IMG/VR virus record: IMGVR_UViG_3300014202_000216
Coordinates: 1-42,442 of that record
From: a virus
Taxonomy: Duplodnaviria > Caudoviricetes
Reading direction: 5' to 3' (one strand)
DNA length: 42,442 nt
This document shows, piece after piece, positions 7,488 to 16,842 of the stretch. Numbering within the stretch: the first letter of the stretch is position 1; each line of letters opens with the position of its first letter. The position numbers and the translations under genes were made by a program. The notes under the pieces were generated by a model. That model did no database searches. It worked only from the letters and a program-made list of their open reading frames with translations, and was not told the DNA's origin.

Positions 7488-7856
7488 TTAGGCGGTTACG
7501 GGCTTATGGACGCCAAACCATTCAATCCGACCATCGGCGTAGTGCACGGCAATCTCTTTGCTGTCGTCCATCCAACTTGATGAGAGGCCGTCCTTGCCGT
7601 ATTCGGAGGCTTTGTGGCCGTACACTGTCGGCTCGTCAGTGAAGTCGTCGTCCCACGGCTCACTCCAGCGGTCGCCGCAGCACGAGCAATCGCGCCCGCT
7701 TGAACAGCCGTTGAAATAAATGCCAATGTCTTCGGCGCGGCTAATGCCGTCGGCCAAGGTTGCAGCTTCGACAATCACGTAATGCGTGATGCCAGCCGTC
7801 TCGCTGAAATCAAACGAGCCGCCACTGTTGTTTTGGTTAAATGTCAAAAATCCCAT
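7488..7856 (-). CDS. Phage protein with CxCCG motif, first gene of the left operon
   Basis: FNQNNSGGSF...GIYFNG...DCSCCGDRW; RBS GGAGAG. Confidence 0.75.
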   Translation of the reverse strand: MGFLTFNQNNSGGSFDFSETAGITHYVIVEAATLADGISRAEDIGIYFNGCSSGRDCSCCGDRWSEPWDDDFTDEPTVYGHKASEYGKDGLSSSWMDDSKEIAVHYADGRIEWFGVHKPVTA

Positions 7857-7891
7857 CTCGTCTCTCCATGCGGTGTGTCCGTCTATGGAGA

Positions 7892-7968
7892 GGAGTGATA
7901 GCACCGCTAACAATCATACGCAATAGAAAATGTTAGCATGGCTGTAATTAAATGATAGCCGCGCTAAA
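7892..7968 (-). promoter_or_regulatory. pL/OL: leftward promoter with three operator palindromes
   Basis: GATAGC-acc-GCTAAC (7897-7911), GTTAGC-atg-GCTGTA (7932-7946), GATAGC-cgc-GCTAAA (7954-7968); minus-strand TTGCGT-N17-TATCAC. Confidence 0.75.
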
Positions 7969-8023
7969 TAGGTCTAAATTATCCGACCGTTATGAAGATT
8001 AAAAACTTAGTGAAATCATGTGT

Positions 8024-8356
8024 TTAGGCTGACTTCTCATCGTCAAGAGCCACCCGCAACAGGCGCAGGGCCTGTTCGCGTTTATGAGAGTCTAGCCGCA
8101 TGACATATGCCGCGAGTTCGTTTTCGGCGTCTATTGGCGGCGGTCGAAGCAAATCAGAAGGTTCGCATGATAAAGCCGATGCCAGGGCTTCGAGCATTGG
8201 CTGCGTGTAATTAACTAATCCCCGCTCTAGTTGGGATATGGCACCGTGAGTCACCTCTATGCGCTCAGCCAGACGCTCAAGCGTAAGCCCACGATGCTTC
8301 CGCCACTCGCGTATGAAGTGCCTTGGATGGGGGCGTTTCTGAGTGCTCTTAGCCAT
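8024..8356 (-). CDS. cI: CI-like XRE repressor (HTH only, no S24 peptidase domain)
   Basis: IREWRKHRGLTLERLAERIEVTHGAISQLERG; divergent from cro, between operator clusters. Confidence 0.85.
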   Translation of the reverse strand: MAKSTQKRPHPRHFIREWRKHRGLTLERLAERIEVTHGAISQLERGLVNYTQPMLEALASALSCEPSDLLRPPPIDAENELAAYVMRLDSHKREQALRLLRVALDDEKSA

Positions 8357-8391
8357 ATAAGGGATTTTCGCCACATTATTGCATTGCGCCA

Positions 8392-8443
8392 TACAGCGGC
8401 ACTAACAAATGTGTTGCAGAGAGAATGTTAGTCGTGCTATCAA
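8392..8443 (+). promoter_or_regulatory. pR/OR with two operator palindromes
   Basis: TACAGC-ggc-ACTAAC (8392-8406), GTTAGT-cgt-GCTATC (8427-8441); TTGCAG-N18-TATCAA. Confidence 0.7.
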
Positions 8444-8449
8444 GGTTGC

Positions 8450-8647
8450 ATGATCAATATCCAAGAAGTCCTTGGCCGTGAACGCGGCTTGAAATTTAGG
8501 CTCGCTCAAGAGCTTGGCATCACGCATGGCGCTGTAAGCCAATGGACGCGTGTGCCAGCCGAGCGGGTGCTCGACGTGGAGCGTATCACCAGCATCAGCC
8601 GCCATGACTTGAGGCCCGATCTATACGGGGAGGCCGCAAATGTCTGA
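8450..8647 (+). CDS. cro: Cro-like (YdaS-type) regulator
   Basis: LAQELGITHGAVSQWTRVPAERV...HDLRPDLY. Confidence 0.9.
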   Translation: MINIQEVLGRERGLKFRLAQELGITHGAVSQWTRVPAERVLDVERITSISRHDLRPDLYGEAANV

Positions 8648-9155
8648 TGGAATCGTTTATTTCATTCAAGCTGAAAATGATGGCCCTATTAAAATTGGGT
8701 ACACAACAGATCCACAAACGCGTTACTCCACTATTCAACTTTGCTGCCCGCTAACGCTTTTTCTTCTCGGAGAAGTGGCTGGCAATCTTGAAGATGAGGC
8801 CGTTCTGCATCATCGCTTTTCATCCTCATGGGTGCGCGGTGAGTGGTTCGAGCCATGCGCTGAATTGCTCGCATATATCAGCGACGTTTCAACCCTTGAT
8901 GAGCGGAAGCTTCTCACTGGAGAGCCGATAAGGCGGTTCATGAACATTGGGAATGAACATTCCTTTGTTGTTGATCCTGCCATTGACCAAATTGGCGCAG
9001 AGCTTGGCGTTTCGGACGCTGCTCGCAAGAAATGGCCCCAACGCGGTGTGCCCCATAAATGGCGTCTGCCCATCTTACAGATGGCCGCAAATCGCGGGCT
9101 GATGATTGGCGCTGATGACTTTGCTGCAAAGCAACGCGAGGCCGCTAATGTCTGA
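8640..9155 (+). CDS. T5orf172/GIY-YIG-like domain fused to a Cro-like HTH
   Basis: VYFIQAE..PIKIGYT, E..LHHRF...RGEWF; C-terminal IGAELGVSDAARKKWPQRGVPHKW. Confidence 0.75.
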   Translation: MSDGIVYFIQAENDGPIKIGYTTDPQTRYSTIQLCCPLTLFLLGEVAGNLEDEAVLHHRFSSSWVRGEWFEPCAELLAYISDVSTLDERKLLTGEPIRRFMNIGNEHSFVVDPAIDQIGAELGVSDAARKKWPQRGVPHKWRLPILQMAANRGLMIGADDFAAKQREAANV

Positions 9156-9537
9156 CACCCCCACATGGCCCACGTCTGTTCAAATAGAACAATCCGCCCG
9201 CGCTCTGGACCCCGAAGCATGGGCCATTCTCGACAGTGACTCGATAGGGATGATGACACGTCGGAAAGTGTCGCTTGAACAGGCTCGCAAGGCTCTCTCT
9301 GCTGTCAATCCGTATGAGTGGAGGGGGATTGAGAGTGCACCGAGAGATGGAACGCATGTTCTTCTGTTTGGCCTTCCCTCACCGAATGATGGTTGTGAAT
9401 TTACAAACCCAATCAAGCTCACGGGTTACTGGGACGATATTGATGCTGCTTGGTGCGCAACAACATCAACTTGGGTAGGACCGTTTATTGACGCGACTAA
9501 ATGGCAACCCCTTCCACCAGAACCGGAGGGCGAGTGA
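9148..9537 (+). CDS. DUF551-like phage protein
   Basis: WRGIESAPRDGTHVLL...ATKWQPLPPEP. Confidence 0.75.
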   Translation: MSDTPTWPTSVQIEQSARALDPEAWAILDSDSIGMMTRRKVSLEQARKALSAVNPYEWRGIESAPRDGTHVLLFGLPSPNDGCEFTNPIKLTGYWDDIDAAWCATTSTWVGPFIDATKWQPLPPEPEGE

Positions 9538-10050
9538 ATGAGCGCGACCCCTCCGCTTGCATTTGTCTGGACCGGCGAGGCGATGGTGCCGACGCATCCG
9601 TCTATTGCTGGCAAACACTTTGCCTTGGATGAAATCTACCGGCTTGTCGAGCATAATGACCGCTCGCAGAAATCACATTCTCACTATTTCGCGGCGCTGC
9701 ATGAAGGCTGGCAAAACCTGCCGGAACACATTGCCGAGCGGTTCCCGACTGACGAACACCTACGCAAATACGCGCTGATTAAAGCCGGTTATCACGATAG
9801 CCAATCTATCACATGCGCGTCCAAAGCCGAAGCGGTACGTGTTGCTGCGTTTATTCGGCCCGCTGATGAATTTAGCGTTGTGACCGTTACCGAGGCCACA
9901 GTCACGCGATACGCGGCCAAGAGCCAGAAACTTCGCGCGATGGGGCGGGATGTTTTTCAAAAGAGCAAATCCGATGTGCTGGATGTAATCGCCGCACTTG
10001 TCGGTGTGAAGTCTGACCAGCTCAAACGGGAGGCCACTCGCGCGGCATAA
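9538..10050 (+). CDS. Hypothetical phage protein (NinB-like, tentative)
   Basis: RSQKSHSHYFA..EGWQNLPE; operon position. Confidence 0.6.
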   Translation: MSATPPLAFVWTGEAMVPTHPSIAGKHFALDEIYRLVEHNDRSQKSHSHYFAALHEGWQNLPEHIAERFPTDEHLRKYALIKAGYHDSQSITCASKAEAVRVAAFIRPADEFSVVTVTEATVTRYAAKSQKLRAMGRDVFQKSKSDVLDVIAALVGVKSDQLKREATRAA

Positions 10051-10208
10051 CCGAAATCTACCCAGACGACCACGCCCGCAGATTGATCCTGCAAGATTTG
10101 TTTCTGCTCAAGGCGTTCAAGCGACCGAAGTAAGTAGTCCGAGTTCGACATTGTAAGTCTCCGTTCCATCCAGTCCTTTGAATTTAGGACAGCACAGGAA
10201 CGAAGTTT

Positions 10209-10526
10209 ATGGCCAAACGAGACAGAAGAATGAGTGTAGCGAGTATCACCGACGAAGACGTGACGGGGGCGATCAGTAGAGCGCTGCAAAAAAAGCTGCA
10301 ATTCGTTCGCAACCCTTATTACGCACTGGCGGAAAGATACGGCTGGGGTGAGCGCAAGGCCAAAGCAATCGTGCGTGGTGAGTATTGCCCGTCTCGCGCT
10401 GATCTTCTGAACATGATGGCAAACGATGATGACGTGTTTAACGAAGTGCTGAAACTAACAGGCCGTGACGGTCGCAAGTGGGATGAGCAGGCCCGCGCTA
10501 TTCGAGACATATTGGAAGGCAACTGA
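10209..10526 (+). CDS. CII-like transcriptional regulator (tentative)
   Basis: HTH-like LAERYGWGERKAKAIVRGEYCP downstream of cro. Confidence 0.45.
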   Translation: MAKRDRRMSVASITDEDVTGAISRALQKKLQFVRNPYYALAERYGWGERKAKAIVRGEYCPSRADLLNMMANDDDVFNEVLKLTGRDGRKWDEQARAIRDILEGN

Positions 10527-10663
10527 TGAAGCGCACGATCTTTTTTCTGCTGGTGGGTGCCGCCTTCTTTTGGTTCGCAATGTGGTGCGCGTCTAATCCG
10601 TATCCTCATGTCGCCGTTCTGTCCGGAATGCTCGCCGGTCGATTTTGGGGAGAGATTTCATGA
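10526..10663 (+). CDS. Small membrane protein (45 aa, below the ORF track cut-off)
   Basis: MKRTIFFLLVGAAFFWFAMW...; TGATG and ATGA coupling to neighbours. Confidence 0.5.
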   Translation: MKRTIFFLLVGAAFFWFAMWCASNPYPHVAVLSGMLAGRFWGEIS

Positions 10664-10833
10664 CCCTTGGCTTCTCCCTCCATTGGTACAAGGGTTTTTA
10701 CCTTGAGACATCGCTGTTTTGGAAATCTGCCGTATGCGGATTTGTGACACTTAGCGCCTGCAAGGGGAGCCTATTGGATCGTCTATTCGCAATCATGGAA
10801 AAGCTACCGGCTGAGAAGGTGAGGGGCGAATGA
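10660..10833 (+). CDS. Small hypothetical protein
   Basis: ATGA coupling. Confidence 0.45.
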   Translation: MTLGFSLHWYKGFYLETSLFWKSAVCGFVTLSACKGSLLDRLFAIMEKLPAEKVRGE

Positions 10834-11018
10834 GTGAGACAGTGACAGACCGGATTTATTTCGCGCTTGCTCGTATTGCCAAGGGCAATCCTAACGGCGG
10901 CGGGCCATTAACGAGTGAGACTGCTCGTCAAATAGCGCGCGAAGCCTTGGTGGAAACTGGCCTTGGCTGGTCGCACACAAGCATCAAATCAATTCCGCAT
11001 GAAGGGTATGTCAAATGA
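10830..11018 (+). CDS. Small hypothetical protein
   Basis: ATGA coupling, RBS GAGG. Confidence 0.55.
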   Translation: MSETVTDRIYFALARIAKGNPNGGGPLTSETARQIAREALVETGLGWSHTSIKSIPHEGYVK

Positions 11019-11112
11019 CCACCGCCCAGACACTCGGCGTTGCCCTAGGCGTCATCCTATTGATCCTCATGGCTATGCCATATCTCGCTGCTGGTGCTGT
11101 TTACATTGCTAG

Positions 11113-11469
11113 ATGGTTGATAGGCGCATGACCGGCATGAAGGCGCTGGGTCGCCTCAAAACCGGCGTGATGAACAAGACCGAGGCGGCTTATGCCGATC
11201 ATTTGGAATTGCGCAAACACGCTCGCGACATTGCTTGGTATCGGTTTGAAGGCGTGAAGCTGCGCCTCGCTGATAACACGTTTTATACACCAGATTTTGC
11301 CGTCATGCGAACTGACGGCCACATGGAAATGCACGAGGTCAAAGGCTTCTGGATGGATGACGCCAAGGTCAAAATCAAGGTCGCCGCTGACTCGTATCCG
11401 TTCCGTTTTATCGCCATCAAAGCCAAGTCGAAGAAAGACGGCGGCGGCTGGCACATGGAGGATTTCTGA
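11113..11469 (+). CDS. DUF1064-like PD-(D/E)xK nuclease
   Basis: MNKTEAAY, FYTPDF, EMHEVKGFW. Confidence 0.8.
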   Translation: MVDRRMTGMKALGRLKTGVMNKTEAAYADHLELRKHARDIAWYRFEGVKLRLADNTFYTPDFAVMRTDGHMEMHEVKGFWMDDAKVKIKVAADSYPFRFIAIKAKSKKDGGGWHMEDF

Positions 11470-11471
11470 AC

Positions 11472-11771
11472 ATGACCACCACAGGACACAATAGCGGCGT
11501 GGCTGGCGACCAACTGCGTTCAATCATTGAGCGTGTCGAACGGCTGGAAGAAGAGAAGGCCGCGCTCGCTGCCGACATTAAGGAAGTTTACGCCGAAGCT
11601 AAAGGCAACGGGTTCGACACGAAGACAATCCGCCAACTCGTGCGCATCCGTAAGCAGGACGCCGCCGAACGTCAAGAAGCCGAGGCTCTGCTCGAACTCT
11701 ACAAGAACGCGCTGGGGATGCTTTCAGACACACCGCTTGGTGAGGCTGCAATGGGGAGGGCTTTCCAATGA
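11472..11771 (+). CDS. gapR: GapR/DUF2312 nucleoid-associated protein
   Basis: DQLRSIIERVERLEEEK...DIKEVYAEAKGNGFDTK. Confidence 0.92.
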   Translation: MTTTGHNSGVAGDQLRSIIERVERLEEEKAALAADIKEVYAEAKGNGFDTKTIRQLVRIRKQDAAERQEAEALLELYKNALGMLSDTPLGEAAMGRAFQ

Positions 11772-11925
11772 CGCCACACGCCCAAGCCCGTGAACGCGGG
11801 GATCGCAGGGGCCAACACTACGCCGCAGAGAAGGCCCGCAAACAGACCACACAAGCCCTAGGAGCGTTTGTCTATGGCAAGCGGACTGTGAAGTACAAGC
11901 GGCTTGTGAATGCGCTGGTGGGCAA

Positions 11926-12423
11926 ATGACGCCCAATCAGAAGGTCGCGCGGATAATCCTCGAAACCGCCATGCACCATCAAGTAAAGTTTTCTGCCATG
12001 CAGGGAGAGCGCAGGGACCGGCCCGTGGCTTACGCTCGCATGGAGGCCATGTGGCGTATTAGAACAGAGTTGCACTTCTCGCTCCCTCACATTGGGCGGA
12101 TTTTCAAGCGCGACCACACCACAGTTATTCATGCCGTACGTAAGGTAGAGCGGATCATTACCGAGACTGGCGAGTGGCCCGTTGCCAACAAAGGCCATGT
12201 GTATGGCCCCTATGATCCATTTGACCGCGCTCCGGTCGATTCAGTGGCAAAGCCGGTTCGCCGTATTCCTCTGCCGGATATTCCTGTTGTCGTTAAGGCT
12301 CGCAGGCAAGCGGCCATCATCAATTCATTTTGGGCTAGTCGCGGCATCAAAGCGAAGGCCCGCCCGGTGGTGGAAAAAGGTGGTCGCATCATCATCAAAT
12401 CTGACTTGCAGATGGTAACATAA
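11926..12423 (+). CDS. DnaA C-terminal-like HTH protein
   Basis: AYARMEAMW...SLPHIGRIFKRDHTTVIHAVRKV. Confidence 0.85.
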   Translation: MTPNQKVARIILETAMHHQVKFSAMQGERRDRPVAYARMEAMWRIRTELHFSLPHIGRIFKRDHTTVIHAVRKVERIITETGEWPVANKGHVYGPYDPFDRAPVDSVAKPVRRIPLPDIPVVVKARRQAAIINSFWASRGIKAKARPVVEKGGRIIIKSDLQMVT

Positions 12424-12505
12424 ATCGCTCTAAAACCCAATAAAAACGGGCACTAAACGCGCTTTCTCGATTCACTTACGACCGCATACGGAGTATATTA
12501 CAGGC

Positions 12506-13237
12506 ATGAGCATTGGGCTAATCGACTGGGCTTTAAAACAGGCGGTGTATCCGTCTGCGGCAAAGTTTGTTCTTGTCGCGCTCGCAAACTATGCGGACGA
12601 GAATGACTATTGCTATCCGAGCCAGAGCCGGTTGGCCTTGGACACAGGGCAGAGCGAGAGAAGCGTCAGGGCGCATATCGCGCAGCTTGAGGCCGATGGG
12701 TGGATCAAGCGCGATCAACGCCGCCGCCCGAACGGTTCATTCACTTCAGATGCCTTCACCATCCAGCGGCAAATCTCGCCAGCGGCAAATCTCGCCAGCG
12801 GCAAGAAACGTCGCCAGCCAGCGGCGAAATCTGCCGCACCAGAACCGTCACTAGAACCGTTAGATACTAAGGATGCTAAGCGCGAGCGGTTTAATCGCAT
12901 GGAGGCGGACCTTCGTGCGGCTGCTGGGGCCTGCCTGAACGACCAATCGTTTGCCTTGAGCGACCTCACGCGCCCGCTTGCATGGGTGGCGTCTGGTTGC
13001 GACTGGGAACTGGACGTGCTTCCGACCGTGAAGACGGTTTCCGCACGGGCCGGACCCAAAGCAATTCGTGGATGGAAATACTTTGAACCCGCCGTTGCCG
13101 ACGCCAAAGCCAATCGCCTGAAACCCATGCCGGAGGGCCGGACCGATGAACGAACTCACCACAAAACCCGCGATCAAATCTCCCGCGATAACCACATTGC
13201 CGGAATCGCTAGCGCGGTGGCAGCAATGCGCGGGTAG
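12506..13237 (+). CDS. Replication initiator (N-terminal winged HTH, lambda O analogue)
   Basis: KFVLVALANYADE..CYPSQSRLALDTGQSERSVR; internal iterons. Confidence 0.85.
   Translation: MSIGLIDWALKQAVYPSAAKFVLVALANYADENDYCYPSQSRLALDTGQSERSVRAHIAQLEADGWIKRDQRRRPNGSFTSDAFTIQRQISPAANLASGKKRRQPAAKSAAPEPSLEPLDTKDAKRERFNRMEADLRAAAGACLNDQSFALSDLTRPLAWVASGCDWELDVLPTVKTVSARAGPKAIRGWKYFEPAVADAKANRLKPMPEGRTDERTHHKTRDQISRDNHIAGIASAVAAMRG
12763..12837 (+). repeat. Iterons, putative replication origin
   Basis: CCAGCGGCAAATCTCG twice in tandem plus two degenerate copies inside the initiator gene. Confidence 0.75.
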
Positions 13238-13688
13238 GCTTTCCGGCATCCCTGAATTGCCGACTAGCCCACAGGTCCGTCAGGAGGTGCTACAGGGCCT
13301 CAAGCGTGCGCTGTGGACTTCGGGACCGGAATACGTCGCAACGTCGCTCATGCGGCTACAGGCGCATTACTGGAGGCCTGATTTCAGCGAGGCACAGGCG
13401 CGCGAACTCTACGTGGATTTCATCGAAGACCTTGGCGAGTTGCCGCCCGATATTCTGGACGAGGCAATCCGTCAGTACCGGCGCGATCCGGAGGCAAAGT
13501 TTTTCCCGCGCTCTGGCGACTTGCTCGCCATTGCCAAGCCTCTTCTGGAGGAACGCCGCCGTGCCGTGTCGAGGCTTGAGCGTGGACCGGACCACAAACC
13601 CGCACACCCGTCGCGCTCACCAGAGGAAATCGCCCGCGTGAGGGCGTTGGTGAAAGGCACCTTTCCGCGTCCGGACGATGCAGCATGA
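13146..13688 (+). CDS. Putative helicase loader (lambda P position)
   Basis: Overlaps the initiator; DLGELP..ILDEAIRQYRR...FFPR motif. Confidence 0.55.
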   Translation: MNELTTKPAIKSPAITTLPESLARWQQCAGRLSGIPELPTSPQVRQEVLQGLKRALWTSGPEYVATSLMRLQAHYWRPDFSEAQARELYVDFIEDLGELPPDILDEAIRQYRRDPEAKFFPRSGDLLAIAKPLLEERRRAVSRLERGPDHKPAHPSRSPEEIARVRALVKGTFPRPDDAA

Positions 13689-13873
13689 CCCCTGCATGGA
13701 TGGCCTACGCCTCCACTAGCGAGATAGAGGAATACACGTTCCTCGAAGGCGAACGTAAGACCTATCAGGACACGGCGGCACGGATCACGGAACGGATGCA
13801 CCAGATTAAATTCACGGTCAAAGCACGGGTGCAGAGGCGCAACCGTCAGGCCAGCCAACTAGCAGCGGAGTAG
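13685..13873 (+). CDS. Small hypothetical protein
   Basis: ATGA coupling. Confidence 0.5.
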   Translation: MTPAWMAYASTSEIEEYTFLEGERKTYQDTAARITERMHQIKFTVKARVQRRNRQASQLAAE

Positions 13874-13877
13874 GGAT

Positions 13878-14396
13878 ATGAGCGCGGCTCAATATTCTGG
13901 GTTTTCGGAAAAACAGAGCGAGTTGATCGACTTCATTTACCAGTTCATGGAAAGAACCGGCTGTGCGCCAGATCGATTTGATATGTCAAAAAGCCTTGGG
14001 GGACATGAGGCTAACTACAGCTCGAAAATGACGGCCTTGGAAATTAAAGGCGTTCTTCATTTTGAGCGTGCCGAGGGTAAGGGATCGGGAAAGAAAATGA
14101 TCGGGATTAAACACCCGATGCACGGATGGCGGGTCGCTGACACGGTGATGTATGACCAGAATTTCGGTGTCTGGAGGTTTGCGGATGATGTACTGCCGGT
14201 TGGCGCTAGCGTCCGAAAATGCCTTTCGTGTGAAAAGGATTTTGTCTCTTCAGGAATAAATAATCGTATGTGCCGTGGGTGTAAGGAGCTTCACGGTGTC
14301 CAGAATGCGCCGATGGAGTCGGCTGAGTATATATCAAATGTTCAAGCCCTGATGACCGGCACGATGGGCGGCTTCTCAAAGAGGAAATCGGCATGA
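13878..14396 (+). CDS. LexA-like winged helix plus zinc ribbon protein
   Basis: SEKQSELIDFIYQFMERTGCAP; CLSC...CRGC. Confidence 0.6.
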   Translation: MSAAQYSGFSEKQSELIDFIYQFMERTGCAPDRFDMSKSLGGHEANYSSKMTALEIKGVLHFERAEGKGSGKKMIGIKHPMHGWRVADTVMYDQNFGVWRFADDVLPVGASVRKCLSCEKDFVSSGINNRMCRGCKELHGVQNAPMESAEYISNVQALMTGTMGGFSKRKSA

Positions 14397-14719
14397 CACA
14401 TACCGAGACACAGGCTATGTGCGAGCGAGTTGTGGCGATGGTGACGCGTCGTGAGAAGTTTGCACGAACCATGCATCAGTCAATTTATGCCGACGACCTT
14501 GCATCGGTTCTCGCCCTCCTCACCCGCCAGCAAGAAGAGATAGAGCGGCTTGATGCTTTGCAGGCTGAAGGCGGCGCAATCATATCGGCGCAGTATCTTG
14601 AAATAGACGCATTGCGGGCCGCGCTGACTAAAATTGCCGGTCTGAATAGCGGGTATTGGGAGGAACTTTTTGACGAGTGCCAGTCCATTGCGCTCGCAGC
14701 CCTACAGGCCAAGCCATGA
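14393..14719 (+). CDS. Hypothetical coiled-coil protein
   Basis: ATGA coupling. Confidence 0.55.
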   Translation: MTHTETQAMCERVVAMVTRREKFARTMHQSIYADDLASVLALLTRQQEEIERLDALQAEGGAIISAQYLEIDALRAALTKIAGLNSGYWEELFDECQSIALAALQAKP

Positions 14720-14791
14720 CGACAGGCTTCCCGATATACGACGCGTTCTTGTCCGCCATCAAGCCAGCCATGACGCGGGAAGAGATAGCTA

Positions 14792-15481
14792 ATGCCAGCA
14801 TATAGAAGCGAAGCTGAGGCTGAAATTCGCGGCCCCGTGGTGGAGCATTTGCGTCAGATGATCCCAAACTGCCGGATCATTCACGAAATCAATGCCTGTG
14901 GTTTTGGCAATAGGATCGACGTTCTCGCCGTGGGCCTGTCTGAAATAGCGGCGGTTGAGATTAAGTCAGAGAAAGACAAGCTGGACCGCTTGCCGGATCA
15001 AATCAAAGCCATGCAAGGCGTGGCACATCGGGTCTATGCCGCGATCCACGAGAAGTTTTTGACGCAATCGCATCACAGTGATGACGTTTATCCCCCTGAA
15101 CAGGCATCGCGGGCCATTGTTTGGGTGTACCCCAAAGCTGAGCGCAAGGGGCATGTGGAGTGTCGCACGGATTGGAAGGTATGCGGATGGAACGACAGGC
15201 GGAAAAGCTGTCTGCCGGACGCGGCTATTCACATCCTTTGGCGCGAAGAGTTGCAGGCCATATGCAGGGCGCTTGGAGTGCCGCGCGCCGGTTCACTTGT
15301 GATGGAGGATGCGATTGATGCAATCCGATGGCAAATGACTGGCGAGCAAATCACGCGGGAAATTTGCAGGGCACTTAGAGCGCGTCAGTGCCCCGAAGCC
15401 GACGCTCCAATTTCTGATGATGTCGGCATTTCCGACGCCACCCGTTTCACCAACTCCGCAGCCAGAGAGGCGAAGACATGA
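14792..15481 (+). CDS. PD-(D/E)xK nuclease-like protein (sce7726-like)
   Basis: RIIHEI...RIDVLAV...AVEIKSEKDKLDRLPDQI. Confidence 0.7.
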   Translation: MPAYRSEAEAEIRGPVVEHLRQMIPNCRIIHEINACGFGNRIDVLAVGLSEIAAVEIKSEKDKLDRLPDQIKAMQGVAHRVYAAIHEKFLTQSHHSDDVYPPEQASRAIVWVYPKAERKGHVECRTDWKVCGWNDRRKSCLPDAAIHILWREELQAICRALGVPRAGSLVMEDAIDAIRWQMTGEQITREICRALRARQCPEADAPISDDVGISDATRFTNSAAREAKT

Positions 15482-16044
15482 CCGTCGTTGCATCAAATTT
15501 CGAGCGCAAGGCAAACGAACTCTACCAAACCGAACCGTGGGCAACGGAAGCATTGTTGCGCGTCATACCAGACATTGGTGGCTGGACCGTCTGGGAACCC
15601 GCCGCTGGGAATCATCGCATAGCGGACGTTCTTGTAAAGCACCGCGCGTATGTGACGACGAGCGACATCGTTCACTATGACCGACCGCAGATGTTTATCT
15701 ATGACTTCCTGTCCGGCCTGCCCGATGGTCCAGATGCGGATGCCATTATCACAAACCCGCCATACGGCAAAGGCAACCGACAGGCCGTGACATTTGCCGA
15801 GAACGCGCTCGGCTTATGCAAGGGGTGGGTGGCGCTCCTGCTGACGGCCAAGTTCGACAGTGGCAAAACGCGCACCCACTTGTTTCGTAAAAACCCGCGT
15901 TTCTACGGCAAGGTCGCCTTGCTTGACCGCATTCAATGGTTCGAAGGCGCGACGACCGGCACCGAAGATCACGCTTGGTACATCTGGCGACCTGATGACG
16001 GGGCCATCTGCAATCCGATGATGTTTTGGGAGGCCAAACAATGA
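15478..16044 (+). CDS. SAM-dependent amino-DNA methyltransferase
   Basis: YQTEPW, WEPAAGN (motif I), ITNPPY (motif IV). Confidence 0.88.
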   Translation: MTVVASNFERKANELYQTEPWATEALLRVIPDIGGWTVWEPAAGNHRIADVLVKHRAYVTTSDIVHYDRPQMFIYDFLSGLPDGPDADAIITNPPYGKGNRQAVTFAENALGLCKGWVALLLTAKFDSGKTRTHLFRKNPRFYGKVALLDRIQWFEGATTGTEDHAWYIWRPDDGAICNPMMFWEAKQ

Positions 16045-16586
16045 CAGCCGACACAGTAGAACGCTGGTACGCAGCCTTCACGGGGCCGAGCGAAGAATTG
16101 AAGGCCGATCAATCATTGAGAGAGGCCAACTATGCCACGTTCCTGCCTATGGAGCGTGTGAGGCGCAGGAAGCCCGTCAGAGGTCGTCCGGGGCAGTTTG
16201 TCATCGAATGGGAAGATGTGCCGCTTTACCCTCGCTACGTGTTCCTAGGCGCTCGTAAGGGGCAGGGGCTATGGGATGCCAACAATGCACGGGGCGTCTC
16301 GACTGTGCTTTACGCTGGCGACCATCCTTGCGTTATCCCGACCCGCGCCATGGAGGCCATGATGGCCCTTGCAGACAGCAATGGTATCATGGATCACCGA
16401 GATTTGGTGCTTCGCCGTAAGCGATTTGCGAAGGGGCAGGCGGTCAGGCCGGACTCAAGCAGCCCGTTCTCCGGCCTCAATATCAGCATTGAAAGCGACG
16501 ACGGCGACATTGTGATTGCGCTGGCTGATCTGTTTGGTCGATTGGTCCCAATTGAATTTCGCGCAGATCAATTGCAGGCAATTTAA
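16041..16586 (+). CDS. nusG: NusG-family antiterminator (lambda Q position)
   Basis: WYAAFT, FLPME, PLYPRYVF, KOW-like GQAVR...SPFSG, DLFGR. Confidence 0.88.
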   Translation: MTADTVERWYAAFTGPSEELKADQSLREANYATFLPMERVRRRKPVRGRPGQFVIEWEDVPLYPRYVFLGARKGQGLWDANNARGVSTVLYAGDHPCVIPTRAMEAMMALADSNGIMDHRDLVLRRKRFAKGQAVRPDSSSPFSGLNISIESDDGDIVIALADLFGRLVPIEFRADQLQAI

Positions 16587-16842
16587 TTGTTGGCAGGCGA
16601 TTCAATCTATGGTAGCCTTTTGGCAAATCAGCGCCCTATATGGCGTGTAGGCGAACTAAGCTTGGACCCGCTGAGTTGCTTGAGAATGCGGAACTACTGG
16701 AGCGGTTCGACCCCAAAGGGCTTAATGATCCTGTTGCCAGCGGCAATGGGGGGCTTTAGTAACCCAGAAATTCAAAGAGCGGCCCCTTGAGGTCGCCAAG
16801 GTGCCGAGATATCCCCGCGTTAACGGCGCGGAAGACAACAAC

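Noticed and set aside
12763-12837. CRISPR-like repeats
   Set aside because: Tandem copies without spacers inside an initiator gene fit iterons
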